This document shows positions 52,379-64,000 of a stretch of DNA of 64,000 nucleotides, in pieces. Each line of letters starts with the position of its first letter. The stretch's first letter is position 1. This DNA is from Glaucostegus cemiculus (Eukaryota): assembly GCA_976551045.1 (NCBI GenBank), contig CDPCPM010000050.1:12028001-12092000 (forward strand), given 5' to 3'. The notes beneath the pieces were generated by a model, which was not told where the DNA came from, searched no databases, and saw only the letters and a program-made list of their open reading frames with translations. A program made the position numbers and the translations under genes.

Positions 52379-52768
52379 CATAGACATAGAACAGTACAGC
52401 AAAGAACAGGCCCTTCGGCCCACAGTGTTGTGCTGAATAACTAATCCCTCCTACCTACAGAATGCCCATATCCCTCTATTTTCCTCTCATTCATATGCCC
52501 ATTCAAGCACTTCTTAAAAGCCCCCAATGAATTTGCCTCCACCACCCTAACAGGCAATGCATTCCAGGTTCTCTGAGTAAAAACCATACCCCCTCTCACC
52601 TTAAATGCATGCCCTCTGGTATTGGATTGCTCAGTAATGGGGAAAAGACATTGCTCGTCCACCCTATCTATGCTCCTCATAATTTTATACACTTCCAACC
52701 GATCACCCCTCAGCCTCCGCCGCTCCAGAGGAAAAAGGCCAAGTTTGTGTAGCCTCTCCCGATAGCAC
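52379..52768 (-). mobile_element. CR1 LINE 3' fragment
   Basis: YRERLHKLGLFPLERRRLRGDRLEVYKIM...WNALP; catagaaca tail. Confidence 0.92.
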
Positions 52769-52859
52769 ATCGGCCTGTGCCATTGGGTCTCTACTATCCT
52801 TGCAAAGTCACACAGTTGGTACACCACATGGTTTCTGGCAAGAGAGAATGAAATATAAA

Positions 52860-53050
52860 GTTAAAACAAAAAACACTGGGAAAACTCAGCAGGTCAGGCA
52901 GCATCTGTTGAGAAAGAAGTAGAGTTAATGTTTGAGGGCAATGGTCAGAATTGGGGAAAGTGAGTAAAGAAGCATAATTTATGTTTCAGAGAAGGGATAG
53001 GGGTGGAGAAAACAGAGGGATTATTTACGATAGGATAGAGACCAAGACAA
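52860..53050. mobile_element. Penelope-like terminal-repeat fragment
   Basis: actcagcaggtcaggcagcatctgttgagaaagaagtagagttaatgttt. Confidence 0.7.
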
Positions 53051-53269
53051 TCCAGATGACACAGATGGTGTTGGTATTTTCTGAGAGCGGTCGTTAAGGT
53101 TCTTCCATGATCAGATGACTGCTGCCATAATCCATACTTGTCAGAGGATGGACTCTTGTTCACCCAAAATAGAGTTGATTAAGATTGTGTTATAGCCCCA
53201 AGCCCACAGCAGTCATACTTGTCCTCTTAAAAACCACCTCCCCAATGGAATTAACATCCAATAAAACTG

Positions 53270-54100
53270 GATGGGCAATCTTAAAATCTCTGCCATAGCC
53301 ACACAAAGACTAGACTTTCCTACTCATTCATTACTGACCTTCAGTATCCTAATGACTATACCATCCTTGTGCACACTGAGAACGACTAAGTTTGAACTGG
53401 ATGCTTTAACACAAATTCACTGTAGCCGAGCATTTTCACTTAACATCAAGAAGACTTGGGTACTGCATCAGCCTGCTTCGGGCTTTGAACATGACTCATC
53501 ACAATCAACCATTGAGGGTGAGACATTGGGGTAACTTAAATACCTCCGTTACCTCAGTCACTACATCTCTCAAAGCTCCAACATCTACGTGAGATTCAGC
53601 ACAGGTCTCAATGCATGGAACACTGCTCTGCCATGTTCTTATTGCTGGTGACCCATGGAAGGGCACTAAGATCCAGGTCTACACTGTAGTTGTCATCTCC
53701 ACCATTCTCTGTGGATGCACGCCCAGTGATTTACAACAACAGTCAGGAGTATAGAGCGGCCCCATCAACAATGCCTCTGGAAGCTCCTATCCACCAAGTA
53801 GGATTATTGCCAGTAAAAAGGATGCTTCACTGGAAACACTTCAGCATCCACTTGAACGAAAATACATGCCAGATACACATTTTGCTGCTGGAAACTCCAC
53901 AATGAAAGTAACCAGCAGTTTCGCCTTACTTAAGCTTACACCTTTAGTGCAGGTTTGACATGGAGCAGCACTATTTTTCCAGTTTTCTTTCAACATGATA
54001 TTTATAAAGTGCCCTTAATTGTTCTTCCACTGAATGGCAAGCTGCCTGACCTGCTCTTGGAGCATGCTTTCTCTTACAGTATCCTCCTGGGCACAGTCCT
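53270..54100 (+). mobile_element. RTE-clade LINE relic
   Basis: FSLNIKKTWVLHQP...TIEGETL followed by a YL motif, typical of the RTE RT C-terminal region. Stops and frameshifts present. Confidence 0.6.
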
Positions 54101-54946
54101 CTGTGGGAAGCCAGCGTCCTGCTGTTCAGCAAGGCCCAGTATCGCACAGGGCATCTCTGAGCCTGTGTATCAGGTGCCATGCCCAGAATGGCTGACAGCT
54201 GGTGAGAGCTCCGCCCCTGGGCTTGTTGTCTGCCAAAGCTGTCACTTAAATTAAATGTTTGTCAATGTCTCAGACGTGTTTTTGGATGTTTATTTTTAAT
54301 ATTTGCAAACATCCAAAAACATTCAGGCGTCACAAAAAAAACTTAAAATTATCAAAAGTATTTTTTAAAGGCTAGAAACACTTGCACATAATTAAAGGAC
54401 TTAAAATACATTTAAATCAATCAAATTAAATTAAATCTAAAGGAAATTACCTTCTACTCACCATGCTGTGGCAGCCGTTTCTTCCCATTGATTTCAGTGG
54501 GTCCAGTGGACGAGCGCCAGGTCGAACCTGGCGACGACTCAGCAGGCAGATTTCCCAGCTGAAGTGCAAGGAAATCTGAGCAAGTCTGCGGTCCCCCCAT
54601 TGGACTCCCCTCAGAGTCCACTGGCACTGAGTGAGTGTCTCGGGACTGGCACTTAACTGGAGTGGAAGGCTGCGCCACTCTGCACTTGGGATTCCCGAAA
54701 TTCTGTCCCGTTAAATAGGTAAAAACCTGCAGAATGAAGTGAATGTGCCAGCTGTTAAGTGAAAGATCAAGGCCACCATTAGGCTACCCATCATGCAGCA
54801 TGCTACAACCCTACCTGTGCTAATTTGCTGTAATTAGTACACCCTGATATGTTTTACATCACTTTGAGGGAGGCATTTGTACCTAATTCTGTCTAACTCA
54901 CTTTAATTCCTAACGGGAGTGTTTGTCAAAGGTGCTTGACAATTAA

Positions 54947-55360
54947 AAGAAAGAACTTATATTTTTGTGGCAGCATTCACAATATCTGAAAGCACTTTAC
55001 AAATGAAGTACCTTTGAAATGCAATCACTGATGATGCATGGGAAATATGGCAACCGATTTGCATACAGCAAACTTCCACAGACGATGAAGATCAAATCAT
55101 CTTTCCTTGAGCGATGATGTCTGTGAGATAAATATTGGCCACTACACCAGGGATGTGTCGATTGCTCACTTCTGAAAGAGTGCTGTGGGATCTTTTACCT
55201 CCACCTGAGAAGCAGATGGGGGCTTAGTAGAATGTGTTATCTGAAAGACAGCATCTCCAACAGCTCGGCACTTGCAGAGGATGGCACTGGAATACTCGCC
55301 CGATACTGTGCACAAGTCTCAGAGACAAGAGTGTTACAAAACTGAACCACAGCTGAGACA
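54947..55360 (-). mobile_element. Deu-SINE (SacSINE1-like)
   Basis: gggatcttttacctccacctgagaagcagatggggg...tctgaaagacagcatctcc is the reverse complement of the Deu domain. Confidence 0.8.
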
Positions 55361-55884
55361 CCTTATCCCTCTCAACTTTACACCATGGAACCTGTATACC
55401 AATTTAGACATCTCAACTATTTATGCATGTAACAGTTAATTTTTCTTATCTTATTTGTTCCAATTAATGTTACTTATGGGCATATAAAAAATACATCTGC
55501 CACCATCTGATTCTAGTTCACAAGAGGTACTCTGATTTCTCTGTTCATGCTTCTTATATTGTTCCAGCAAAGTTCAAGGTAAGCTTGAGGACCAGGACTG
55601 CATCATCTGACTGGGCATATTACGCCAGGGACCTCTGGAATCAACACTGAGTTCAACAATTTCACTTCACCGTTAACATTTGCATCTTAAAGGAAGGAAA
55701 TCTATTGTCCTTATTTGGGATAATCTGGCTGTGACTTCAACCCCACACAGGCAGGATTGATACCTCACTGCTGTCTGTGGTGACTCCCACTGAAGTGGTC
55801 AGTTGCATCAAAATACTAGTAGTTTAAGAAGAAGGTCCATCGTCACAGGGAAACCAAGATGCCCAACAAACGGGAACCTTCCCA

Positions 55885-56344
55885 CCTTCCCACCCCTCCC
55901 ACCACCTCTTCACAATTTTGCCATCAGGGAGGAGGCTTAAATGTATCAGGGCAAGAACGACCAGGCTGAACAATAGCTTCTTTCCGCAAGCCATCAGAAC
56001 TGCAAACTCTCTCATCCCTCCATCTTCCTTTGTTAACAACTAAGAGATGCTAGGTGCACAGAAATGCACCAGCACTTTAAATGCCCGACACCAGCCCGTT
56101 CACTTTAATAACTATTTATTTATTCACCGGCCATATTTAATTTAATCTACGTAATAATTTAATTTTAACATCCGTAGATTTTAATGTCTAATGTTGTAAT
56201 GTTTATTCTGCCAAGTGTGTATGTGTGTCTCTGTTGGTTGTTATGTTATTTTATGGGGCGAGCACCTGAGGAGGACGGTATCTCGCTCCTATGCATACTA
56301 TGTATGTATATGGTTGTGACAATAAAACTGATTCTGATTCTGAT
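55885..56344 (+). mobile_element. Rex1/Babar LINE, 5'-truncated
   Basis: PSHPSHHLFTILPSGRRLKCIRARTTRLNNSFFPQAIR; (TTCTGA)n tail; near-identical to the reverse complement of 61847-62312. Confidence 0.92.
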
Positions 56345-57807
56345 AATCTGACTCCAAGAGATGCAAACCATAAACTCACTGGATTATTGAAATGCATAGA
56401 CATATAATGTTTAATTTATTATACACATTATTTATTTTGTCTGGTTGAACACCACGTAATTTCACTTACAACATTACAATGAAGTGATATTTCTTCAAGA
56501 TAATTGATAAAAATAGGAATTTAAATGGGATGGGTTTGCTCTTCAACCGCCCATTGCAGATACTCATTGCTCAGCTTCATGAAGCATCATCTGATGTCTC
56601 TGTCCTTTCCCACTTCTGAGTTGCTTCACTTTCTAACCGCGGAGGATATGGAGGTGCATCGTTCTTGAGTTCAGTTAGTCAAATGCCCCAGTTCACTTCA
56701 CAATTTCATCCACACGTACTTTTTTTTCCAGAAAGTTATGAGCAGATATTTAACTGAAATGTCACATTGAGCATTTACTTTGCCAGGAAAGCATGGGAGA
56801 AATGTGACATAGGGGCATGAGGAATCATCAGACTAGCTCTCCAGTCTCCCCTCCGCTTCTGGGACTTTCCGTTAGAGGTGGCAACAGACTGGTACATTCG
56901 TATTACATGCTAATGAAGTCACTCAGCGTTTCTTACCAGTGATGCCTTGAGAATACCAGATGTTAGGAGAAGGAAGAGATGGTTACATTTTAAATGGCCT
57001 GCAAGCCAAATCCAATCTTTCCTAGAGTGAACAATTACTCCTAGCATGTGTGCCAATACAAATTTCACAATATTTTAAAGGATTTTGTTGGCTGCCCTGG
57101 GTCTCCAGCAGTAGGCAACCATACAGCCCAGGACTGCACCAGCAACAGTGTTAGTTCCCTGCTCTTTGGCCACAGAGACTAGCCTCCATGTCCATTGCAG
57201 ATGCTGCTGGGAGTTTTCCAAATACAAATACTGAGCCCGATCCTAGGTGATTGCAGACTGTAATCAATGGGGCAAAACTCTCTGCAATACCAAGTGGGAT
57301 TTCGATTGGTTTATAATTTAGTTGTATAGACAGCTGTGGGACTATCATAATCATAAATAGAGCCTTTCCATGAGAAAATAAATCTGGCTGGTAAACAAAA
57401 TACTAGTAAAGCAAAAGGTGAAAAATAATGTTGAACAGAATTCATTTCTTTGAGTTGTCTGAGAGCCAGCATTGACCCAATGGGCTGAATGTCCTCTCTC
57501 TATATTGTATGAAAATATGAAAAATATATTGCAATATATCCAGCATTTAGTTGGACAGTATTCAGAGATAGAATTTTGGCTTTTCGTCGTAAAGATGTAG
57601 GCCTAGAAATTCATCTACCAGTGAAACCATGGCAACAAAGGTGCAGCTCTGGGCAAATGCCAGTTTGTCCAAGTGCCATCAGTGCAAGGACAAGCACTTC
57701 CGAGGCATTTAGTCATCGTGCATCTTGGAGATTGACAACACCAACCCGAGAGTGGGCACCTTGCTTAACCAAGACTGACCTCAATAACCTACCCTGTACA
57801 CTCAGGA

Positions 57808-58108
57808 GGATAAGATATTATATTAGTCACATGTATATCAAAACACACAGTGAAATGCATCCTTTTTGTGTAGAGTGTTCTGGGGGAAGCCCACAAATAT
57901 CACCATACTTCGGGTGCCAACATAGCATATAGAACATAGCATGCCCACAACTTCCTAACCTGTACATCTTTGGAATGTGGGAGGAAACCGGAGGAAACCC
58001 ACGCAGTCACACGGGGAGAAAGTACTAACTCCTTACAGACAGTGGCCAGAATTGAACCCGGGTCTCTGGCAATGTAACAGCATAACGCTAACTGCTACAC
58101 TACCGGGC
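57808..58108 (-). mobile_element. V-SINE with a different (non-CR1-like) 3' tail
   Basis: ggaatgtgggaggaaaccggaggaaacccacgcag (V-domain, reverse strand) and gaattgaacccggg (B-box, reverse strand). Confidence 0.85.
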
Positions 58109-58983
58109 CTGCTAGGCAGGAAGCCACCAAGGCTGTAGTGGAGGAGGTGGCCAGAGAACCTCTTACATGGGTCGATGCCAGAAGACAAATAATATCAATA
58201 ATAATCCTCTACAATCAACACTCCTACTTAACATTTCTGTGTCCTAGCAGTTGCATGTTTACCACCACTGTATAACATCTCGTGCCAATAACCCTATTGG
58301 AACAAATAGGATAACAAACATCTCACACACTATACACAGTTGCAGCTATTGATCAATGATAGGCATATCATGCTCACAAATATAATGCAGCAACACTTTC
58401 ACTAGTTCTCTTTCCTCAACTACCCCTTCTACAGCAGACTGCCAGGGGGCTTACATTACCCATAGGCTCAGTCAACTGGAGGATAGGCTGTTGGAGACAA
58501 CAAACCTAGATTCTACAGAGCCAGCAGCAGGCAGAGGATCCAATATTATTAAGGACAAAAGTTTGCTCGTGTCTTATCCCCCTTCTGACATTCCAGCTTG
58601 GCTGCAAACATATGGAGCAGTAGGAAAGGTGGAGACACACTGAAGAGACAGTTTGGGAATGCACAAGGATTATCAATCAGTGATAGTTCAGCTTTGGCCT
58701 TGATTGTTTCGGTAAAAATGTTTGATGCACTGAGTTGCTTGATTGTACTTTTCATGATCTGTGCAAAGGAAATTCTGAGATGATCATGAACAGAGCAACT
58801 GCAGCACAATGGGGGATTCAGGCTTCCCTTTATTCATTGTCATTCTTGGGCGGGAGAGTCAGCCTTTGTGGCATTTGGCCACTCAGGGCAGTGAGGAGCC
58901 TCCTGTGGCGAGGAAGTCTCATGTTGCAGTTATAGGGGCAGTTCAAACTCAGCTGCAGAGAAAAACCATAAGAAAGGAAGGAT

Positions 58984-59391
58984 GCATTATGAGGAGAGAC
59001 TAAGGGAGCTAGGGCTCTTTGGAGGGAAGGAGGATGAGAGGGGCCATGATAGAGGTGCACAAAATATTACAAGGAATAGAGTGGACAGCCAGTGCCTTTT
59101 TCCCAGGGCACCAATGCTCAATACAAGAGGGCGTGGCTTTAAAGTAATGGGTGGGAAGTTCAAGGGAGATATCAGAGGAAGGTTTTTTACCAAGAGAGTT
59201 GTTGGGGCATGGAATGTGCTGCCTGGGGCAGGTACATTGGTCAAGTTCAAGAGATTACTAGATAAGCATATGGAGGAATTTAAAATAGAGGCAGGAAGGG
59301 GTTAGATAGTCTTAGGTGAGGTTTAAAGGTCAACTCATCATTGTGGGCCGAAGGGCCTGTATTGTGCTGTACTGTTCTATGTTCTATATTC
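58984..59391 (+). mobile_element. CR1 LINE 3' fragment
   Basis: YEERLRELGLF...RGRFFTKRVVGAWNVLP; gggccgaagggcctgt stem-loop and gttctat tail. Confidence 0.92.
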
Positions 59392-59599
59392 ATCAAGTGG
59401 GACACTGTGTGATATGGAGCTCACCTTACAGTTGGACCAAAGTGATAGCTGTCTTAGTCTCTCCAGCTGTCATGGGTCAAGGTTTCTCCCTGTGATGGGG
59501 AGGAAGCCTCATTGAGGTTTTGATGCCCATTTGATTACATGGTGCAAGTTAGTGGAAATTTAGGGTGATTCAATGCAGTAGGTTGCTGTAATAAAATTA

Positions 59600-60901
59600 G
59601 GAGCAGCTGGAAATAGTTGGCAAGTCAGATAGCACTTGTGGAGAGAGAAGATGCTACTCTTGTGGTCAAGGACATTTAATCAGAATTGGGTATTGTTGCA
59701 GATAAACAGATCTTAAAATCAAAAGTAAAGGGTTGGGAAAGAAAATAAAAGAAAAGGTCATAAATAGGGTGAAATGGAGTAGAAAGTAAATGACTAAAGG
59801 TGTATTAATGCAAAGTAACAGGTCTAGAAGTGGTAGAAATGCAGAATGATTAATTGCAATTCCAAAAGGAATATGGAAGGAGTGATGTAAATCTGAAAAA
59901 GTGCTGGACATGTTGATTATCTGAATTTGTTGAACAACATTAATGAATTGACCTGTACGATTGGTTTGTAAGGCGAGCTTTTCACTGTACCTCAGTACAA
60001 GTGACAATAATAAACCAATACCAATACATGTTGGGTCTGGAAGGCTATAATGTGAGAAAAGAAGGTGCTGTTTTAGAGTTTATGCTCAGCTTTATTGGAA
60101 CAGTGCATGAGGCTGGGGACGGTGAGGCCAGAGTGTGGGTGGAATGGAGAAATACAGTGACAGGTGATGGGAAAGTCAGCTTCAGGCTTGCAGATGAGTG
60201 GATCTGCGTTTAGTCATTTAATAAACTGGAAGAATCACGTAAATTGCTGTTGCATCAGGAAAGAGTGCTGGGGGCCCTGCCTGAGATAAAAGGGCAGGTT
60301 TTGCATGTCCTAGAGCTGCACAGATGAATGACGTGTATCCACCGAAGGCCCACTACTACACTTGTCTACACTACCCTTGAGAAGGGTAGCATGAATTGGC
60401 GGCAATGGAAGAGTGAACCAGAATGTCCACAAGAGAACCACCCCTCCACATTGCTGCTGGTGGTGGGGAGGAGGAGATCCTCTGATGAAGGCATCATGTT
60501 AGAAGTGTCAGAAATTGTGGAGCATAATTTGTGGAATGTGAAGGCTGGTGAGGGCAAGCACAGACAAGGGGAATCCTATTCTGGTTCTGATAAAAGGGGT
60601 GAAAGCAAAGTATGGAGGGAGTGGAATGGTCATGGTGAAGGCCCTGCCATGTGTAGTGGACGGGAATCCACAGAGGACACATTGGGAGAATTGGAGTCAT
60701 CTGAACAGGCAGGATGCAAAGAAATGGGTAGTGTAGACAGGTATTGTAATTGGCCTTTAGTGGTATAGGTCATTAATCTGTGCTCTGAAATGGAGCTAGA
60801 GAAGTTGAGGAAAGGAAGGAAAGAGTTAGAGATGGATCATGTGAAGGTGAGAGCAGGGAGAAGATTAGAAGCAAAGGTAGTAAGATCTTCTCAGTCAGAG
60901 G
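59600..60901 (-). mobile_element. Degenerate Penelope-like element, with a short unrelated retroposon tail inserted at about 59955-60027
   Basis: Collinear similarity with 41.7-42.3 kb (atgttgggtctggaaggctataatgtg...gaaggtgctgtt). The inserted tail ends gtgacaataataaaccaataccaatac. Confidence 0.65.
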
Positions 60902-61093
60902 NNNNNNNNNNNNNNNNNNNNNNNNNNNNNNNNNNNNNNNNNNNNNNNNNNNNNNNNNNNNNNNNNNNNNNNNNNNNNNNNNNNNNNNNNNNNNNNNNNN
61001 NNNNNNNNNNNNNNNNNNNNNNNNNNNNNNNNNNNNNNNNNNNNNNNNNNNNNNNNNNNNNNNNNNNNNNNNNNNNNNNNNNNNNNNNNNNNN
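60902..61093. other. Assembly gap (N run)
   Basis: 192 N. Confidence 0.99.
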
Positions 61094-61248
61094 CATCATT
61101 GACATCATCATTGTCATCATCATCATCATCAATGTAATCATCATCATTGTCATCATCATCATCATTGACATCATCATTGTCATCATCTTCGTCTTTGTCA
61201 TCGTCATCATCCTCATCATTGTCATTGTCATCATCAACATCATCATCA
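61094..61248 (+). repeat. Degenerate (TCA)n/(CAT)n microsatellite abutting an assembly gap
   Basis: catcattgacatcatcattgtcatcatcatc...; it produces the spurious poly-Met ORF. Confidence 0.95.
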
Positions 61249-61846
61249 CAGACAACAAAGTGAGGTAGGGACCTGAAGAGGGCTGAAATGTCGCTTGCTA
61301 TTTTCTTAATGAGGTAAAGCTCCTTCAGTGGTCTTTGAAATCACACAGAAGTTCCCTCTCATCTGTGGAAATCTTGTGGAAAGTGCATCGTCATTGTAGC
61401 ATAAGTGGTTGACAAACACATTGAAGGATACCCAGCCTTCGCTACGCTCTTGCAGTCACAGTAATTAAGTTATTGCCAAGCACTTGAGTGGAGCAACATT
61501 AACTTGCTATTCATCATTCCAAGCCTGAATGGTGACAAGGGCTTGTTATCTTTGGGCACAGACTTCCTCTCTGTTTATGCTGTGAGCTAGTGGAATGGAG
61601 TCCACTGTTGAATCTCAGGGCTACAAGGTGTAGCCTGACCCATTTCCAGAGAGGACCTTCCTTATGTGCTGTCTGTTGCTTTTTTTTTCTCCTCTTCCAC
61701 CTCTTCCTTTCTTCTTGCGCTTGTGCATTGGGTGAGAGATGTGTCCACATGGTAGCAAAGACCATGGTCCTGTGGCTGTAATTGTGATTCTACTCCCCAG
61801 TACGGAAGCCTACACTACAGCGAAAAGCCCTCATTGGAGGGACTTC

Positions 61847-62920
61847 AGAATCAGAATCAGAATCAGTTTTTATTGTCACAACCATATACATACATAGTAT
61901 GCATAGGAGCGAGATACCGTCCTCCTCAGGTGCTCATCCCGTAAAATAACATAACAACCAACAGAGACACACATACACACTTGACAGAATAAACATTACA
62001 AAACATTAGACATTAAAAGCTACGGAAGTTAAAATTAAATTAGTACGCAGATTAAATTAAAAATGGCCGTAAAATAAATAAATAGTTATTAAAGTGAACG
62101 GGCTGGTGTCGGGCATTTAAAGTGCTGGTGCATTTCTGTGCACCTAGCATCTCTTAGTGTTAACAAAGGAAGATGGAGGGATGAGAGAGTTTGCAGTTCT
62201 GATGGCTTGCAGAAAGAAGCTATTGTTCAGCCTGGTCGTTCTTGCCCTGATACATTTAAGCCTCCTCCCTGATGGCAAAATTGTGAAGAGGTGGTGGGAG
62301 GGGTGAGAAGGGTCGGCCATTATGCTTTTGGTCTTCCTCACACAACGGTCTTTGTATATGTCTGCGAGGGATGGAATCGAGACACCTATGATCCACTCCG
62401 CAGCCCTAACTATCTTCTGGAGGGACTTCCGCCCAGCAGCTGAGCAGCTTCCAAACCAAACAGTGATACATTGAGTTAGGATGCTCTCAATGGTCCCCCT
62501 AGAGAAGGTTTTCATGACGGAGGGATGGGGGTACGCTTTCCTCAGTCTCCGCAGGAAGTAGAGGCGTTTCTGAGCTTTCTTCATGAGGGCCGTAATGTTA
62601 GTGGACCAGGTCAGGTCATCGGTGATGTGCACCCCCAGGAACTTGGTGCTGCGTACTTGTCCCACAGCAGACCCGTTGATGGTCAGTGGGACGTGCACAC
62701 AGTGACCCCTCCTAAAATCCACTATCATCTCCTTGGTTTTATCCACATTCAAGGAGAGGTTGTTGTCATGGCACCACATGGCTAGTTGTTTCACCTCCTC
62801 TCTGTAGTCTGACTCATCGTCATTCGTGACAAGACCCACCACTGTCGTGTCATCGGCAAATTTAACAATGCGGTTGGAGCTGGATCTGGCCTCACAGTCG
62901 TGAGTCAACAAGGTGAACAG
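61847..62920 (-). mobile_element. Rex1/Babar LINE, 5'-truncated, with open RT C-terminal frame
   Basis: ORF 62144-62911: LTHDC...IVKFADDTTVVGL...NLSLNVDKTKEMIVDFRR...KFLGVHIT...KKAQKRLYFLRRLRK; (TTCTGA)n tail. Confidence 0.95.
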
Positions 62921-63097
62921 CCTCTGGCACTGCAGCTGAAATTGGACTTAAGTAAATAGCCTCAGGCAGACTGCTCAAGTGATTGGCATGTGCAAGCCAG
63001 AGCTTCATATGAGTGTCATCTTTCCCTTCCTGACTCTTCAGAAGCCCAGAAAGAGCGATCTCCATGAGCCTGGATAGAATGGTCTGGATAAGGCCTA

Positions 63098-63603
63098 GAT
63101 AGAGTGGAAGTGGAGAGGATGTTTCCATTCGTAGGAGAGTCAAGGATTGATTGGAGGGCACAGCCTCTGAATAAAGGGATGTCCCTTTAAAACTGAGATG
63201 AGGAGGAATTTCTTCAGGCAGAGGGTGGTGAATCTGTGGGATTCATTGCCGCAGAGGGCCATGGAGGCCAAGTCATTGGATGTATATAAGTCAGAGATTG
63301 ATAGGTTCTTGATTGGTAAGGTGACGAAGGGTTATGGAGAGAATGTGGGAGAATGGGGTTGAAATGAAAATCAGCCAAGATTGAATGGTGGAGCAGATTT
63401 GATAGTGTAGTGGTCAGCGTAACTATTACAGCGCCTGCGACCCGGGTTCAATTCCGGCCGCCGTCTGTAAGGAGTTTGTACATTCTCCCTGTGTCTGCGT
63501 GGGTTTCCTCCGGGTGCTCCAGTTTCCTCCCACATTCCAAAGACGCACAGGTAAAGACATCTTATCTTATATGGCCTAATTCTGCTCCTATATCTTATGG
63601 TCT
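63098..63603 (+). mobile_element. CR1 LINE 3' fragment containing a nested V-SINE
   Basis: TEMRRNFFRQRVVNLWDSLP; the tail gaatggtggagcaga...atggcctaattctgctcctatatcttatggtct is split by the SINE. Confidence 0.9.
63401..63570 (+). mobile_element. Internally deleted V-SINE nested in a CR1 tail
   Basis: B-box gggttcaattcc and intact V-domain, joined directly to the terminal taaagacatcttatct. Confidence 0.85.
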
Positions 63604-64000
63604 CATGCTGCTGATACTCTCCAGTCAAGGCGTATAGAGGAAGGCATGGGTTATGTTGTCCATGTTTGCCTGGAGGGAACCAGAAGTCAGGAGTTCATTG
63701 CAACAATCCCCTTCATCCTTACACAGGCAGAGTGGTTCCAGCAGGGTCTGGAGCTCTGTTTACAGGGCAGAAGATCTCCATAACCACCGACTTAAAAACC
63801 TTACCATTGTATGGCTTCTTGAGCAGGTCGAGGTAGGGACATGGTGTCCAAAGGCTTTGAAGGACAGGTCCACCTGACCAGAGCTATGCACCATTCCTCC
63901 TTCCTCCTGCTCCGCCACAGGACCTGTTGGAGATCCAGTGAGATCACAGCCAAAGTAGTCATTGCATTCGTCAGAAAAAGGCAGCTTCACTTCTAAAATG

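Larger units (their letters stand above)
51780..53170 (-). mobile_element. PIF/Harbinger transposase relic interrupted by CR1 and Penelope insertions
   Basis: ORF 51697-52062 has DWFGGALLFEAERLVRYMDICYQLPNLII (compare DRSGGALQYxPERVxxIxxxCCxLHNLA) plus an acidic tail. DFARIV at about 52.8 kb continues beyond the CR1. Confidence 0.5.

Noticed and set aside
60773-61258. Poly-Met ORF
   Set aside because: Artefact of the (CAT)n repeat plus the N gap.
62144-62911. Longest ORF (255 aa) as a host gene
   Set aside because: It is the RT C-terminus of a 5'-truncated Rex1/Babar LINE, with sister copies in the window.
61250-64000. Exons of a neighbouring gene (e.g. sdsl) or an RTE C-terminus at 61.5-61.8 kb
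   Set aside because: No recognisable host-protein sequence with splice support; the RTE resemblance is too weak to call.

Overview
Eukaryotic (vertebrate) genomic DNA. The repeat families (V-SINE, Deu-SINE, CR1, Penelope-like) point to a cartilaginous fish; that assignment is inferred. The only host gene I can support is a complete five-exon LIM-homeobox gene, lhx5, on the + strand (CDS 23554-30808; 1224 nt spliced, 407 aa; all GT-AG junctions with consistent phases). It lies in an approximately 31 kb AT-rich but CpG-retaining, transposon-poor domain (about 6.4-37.4 kb) that looks like a developmental-gene methylation canyon. That domain holds an orphan CpG island about 10.6 kb upstream, two RE1/NRSE-like sites bracketing the gene, an RFX/POU motif block and a 3' cluster of Pbx-Hox sites. 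A second, gene-less CpG-retaining block lies at about 46.5-49.9 kb. The flanks are CpG-depleted and full of transposon relics: CR1, L2, RTE, three Rex1/Babar copies, PIF/Harbinger, SINEs and Penelope-like pieces, including foldback elements with decayed hammerhead cores, one with an 11-bp target-site duplication. There are two N gaps. I found no convincing novel protein-coding system. The best leads are the cis-regulatory architecture and the Penelope-derived foldback elements. All family and motif calls were made by eye from recalled consensus sequences, without database searches.
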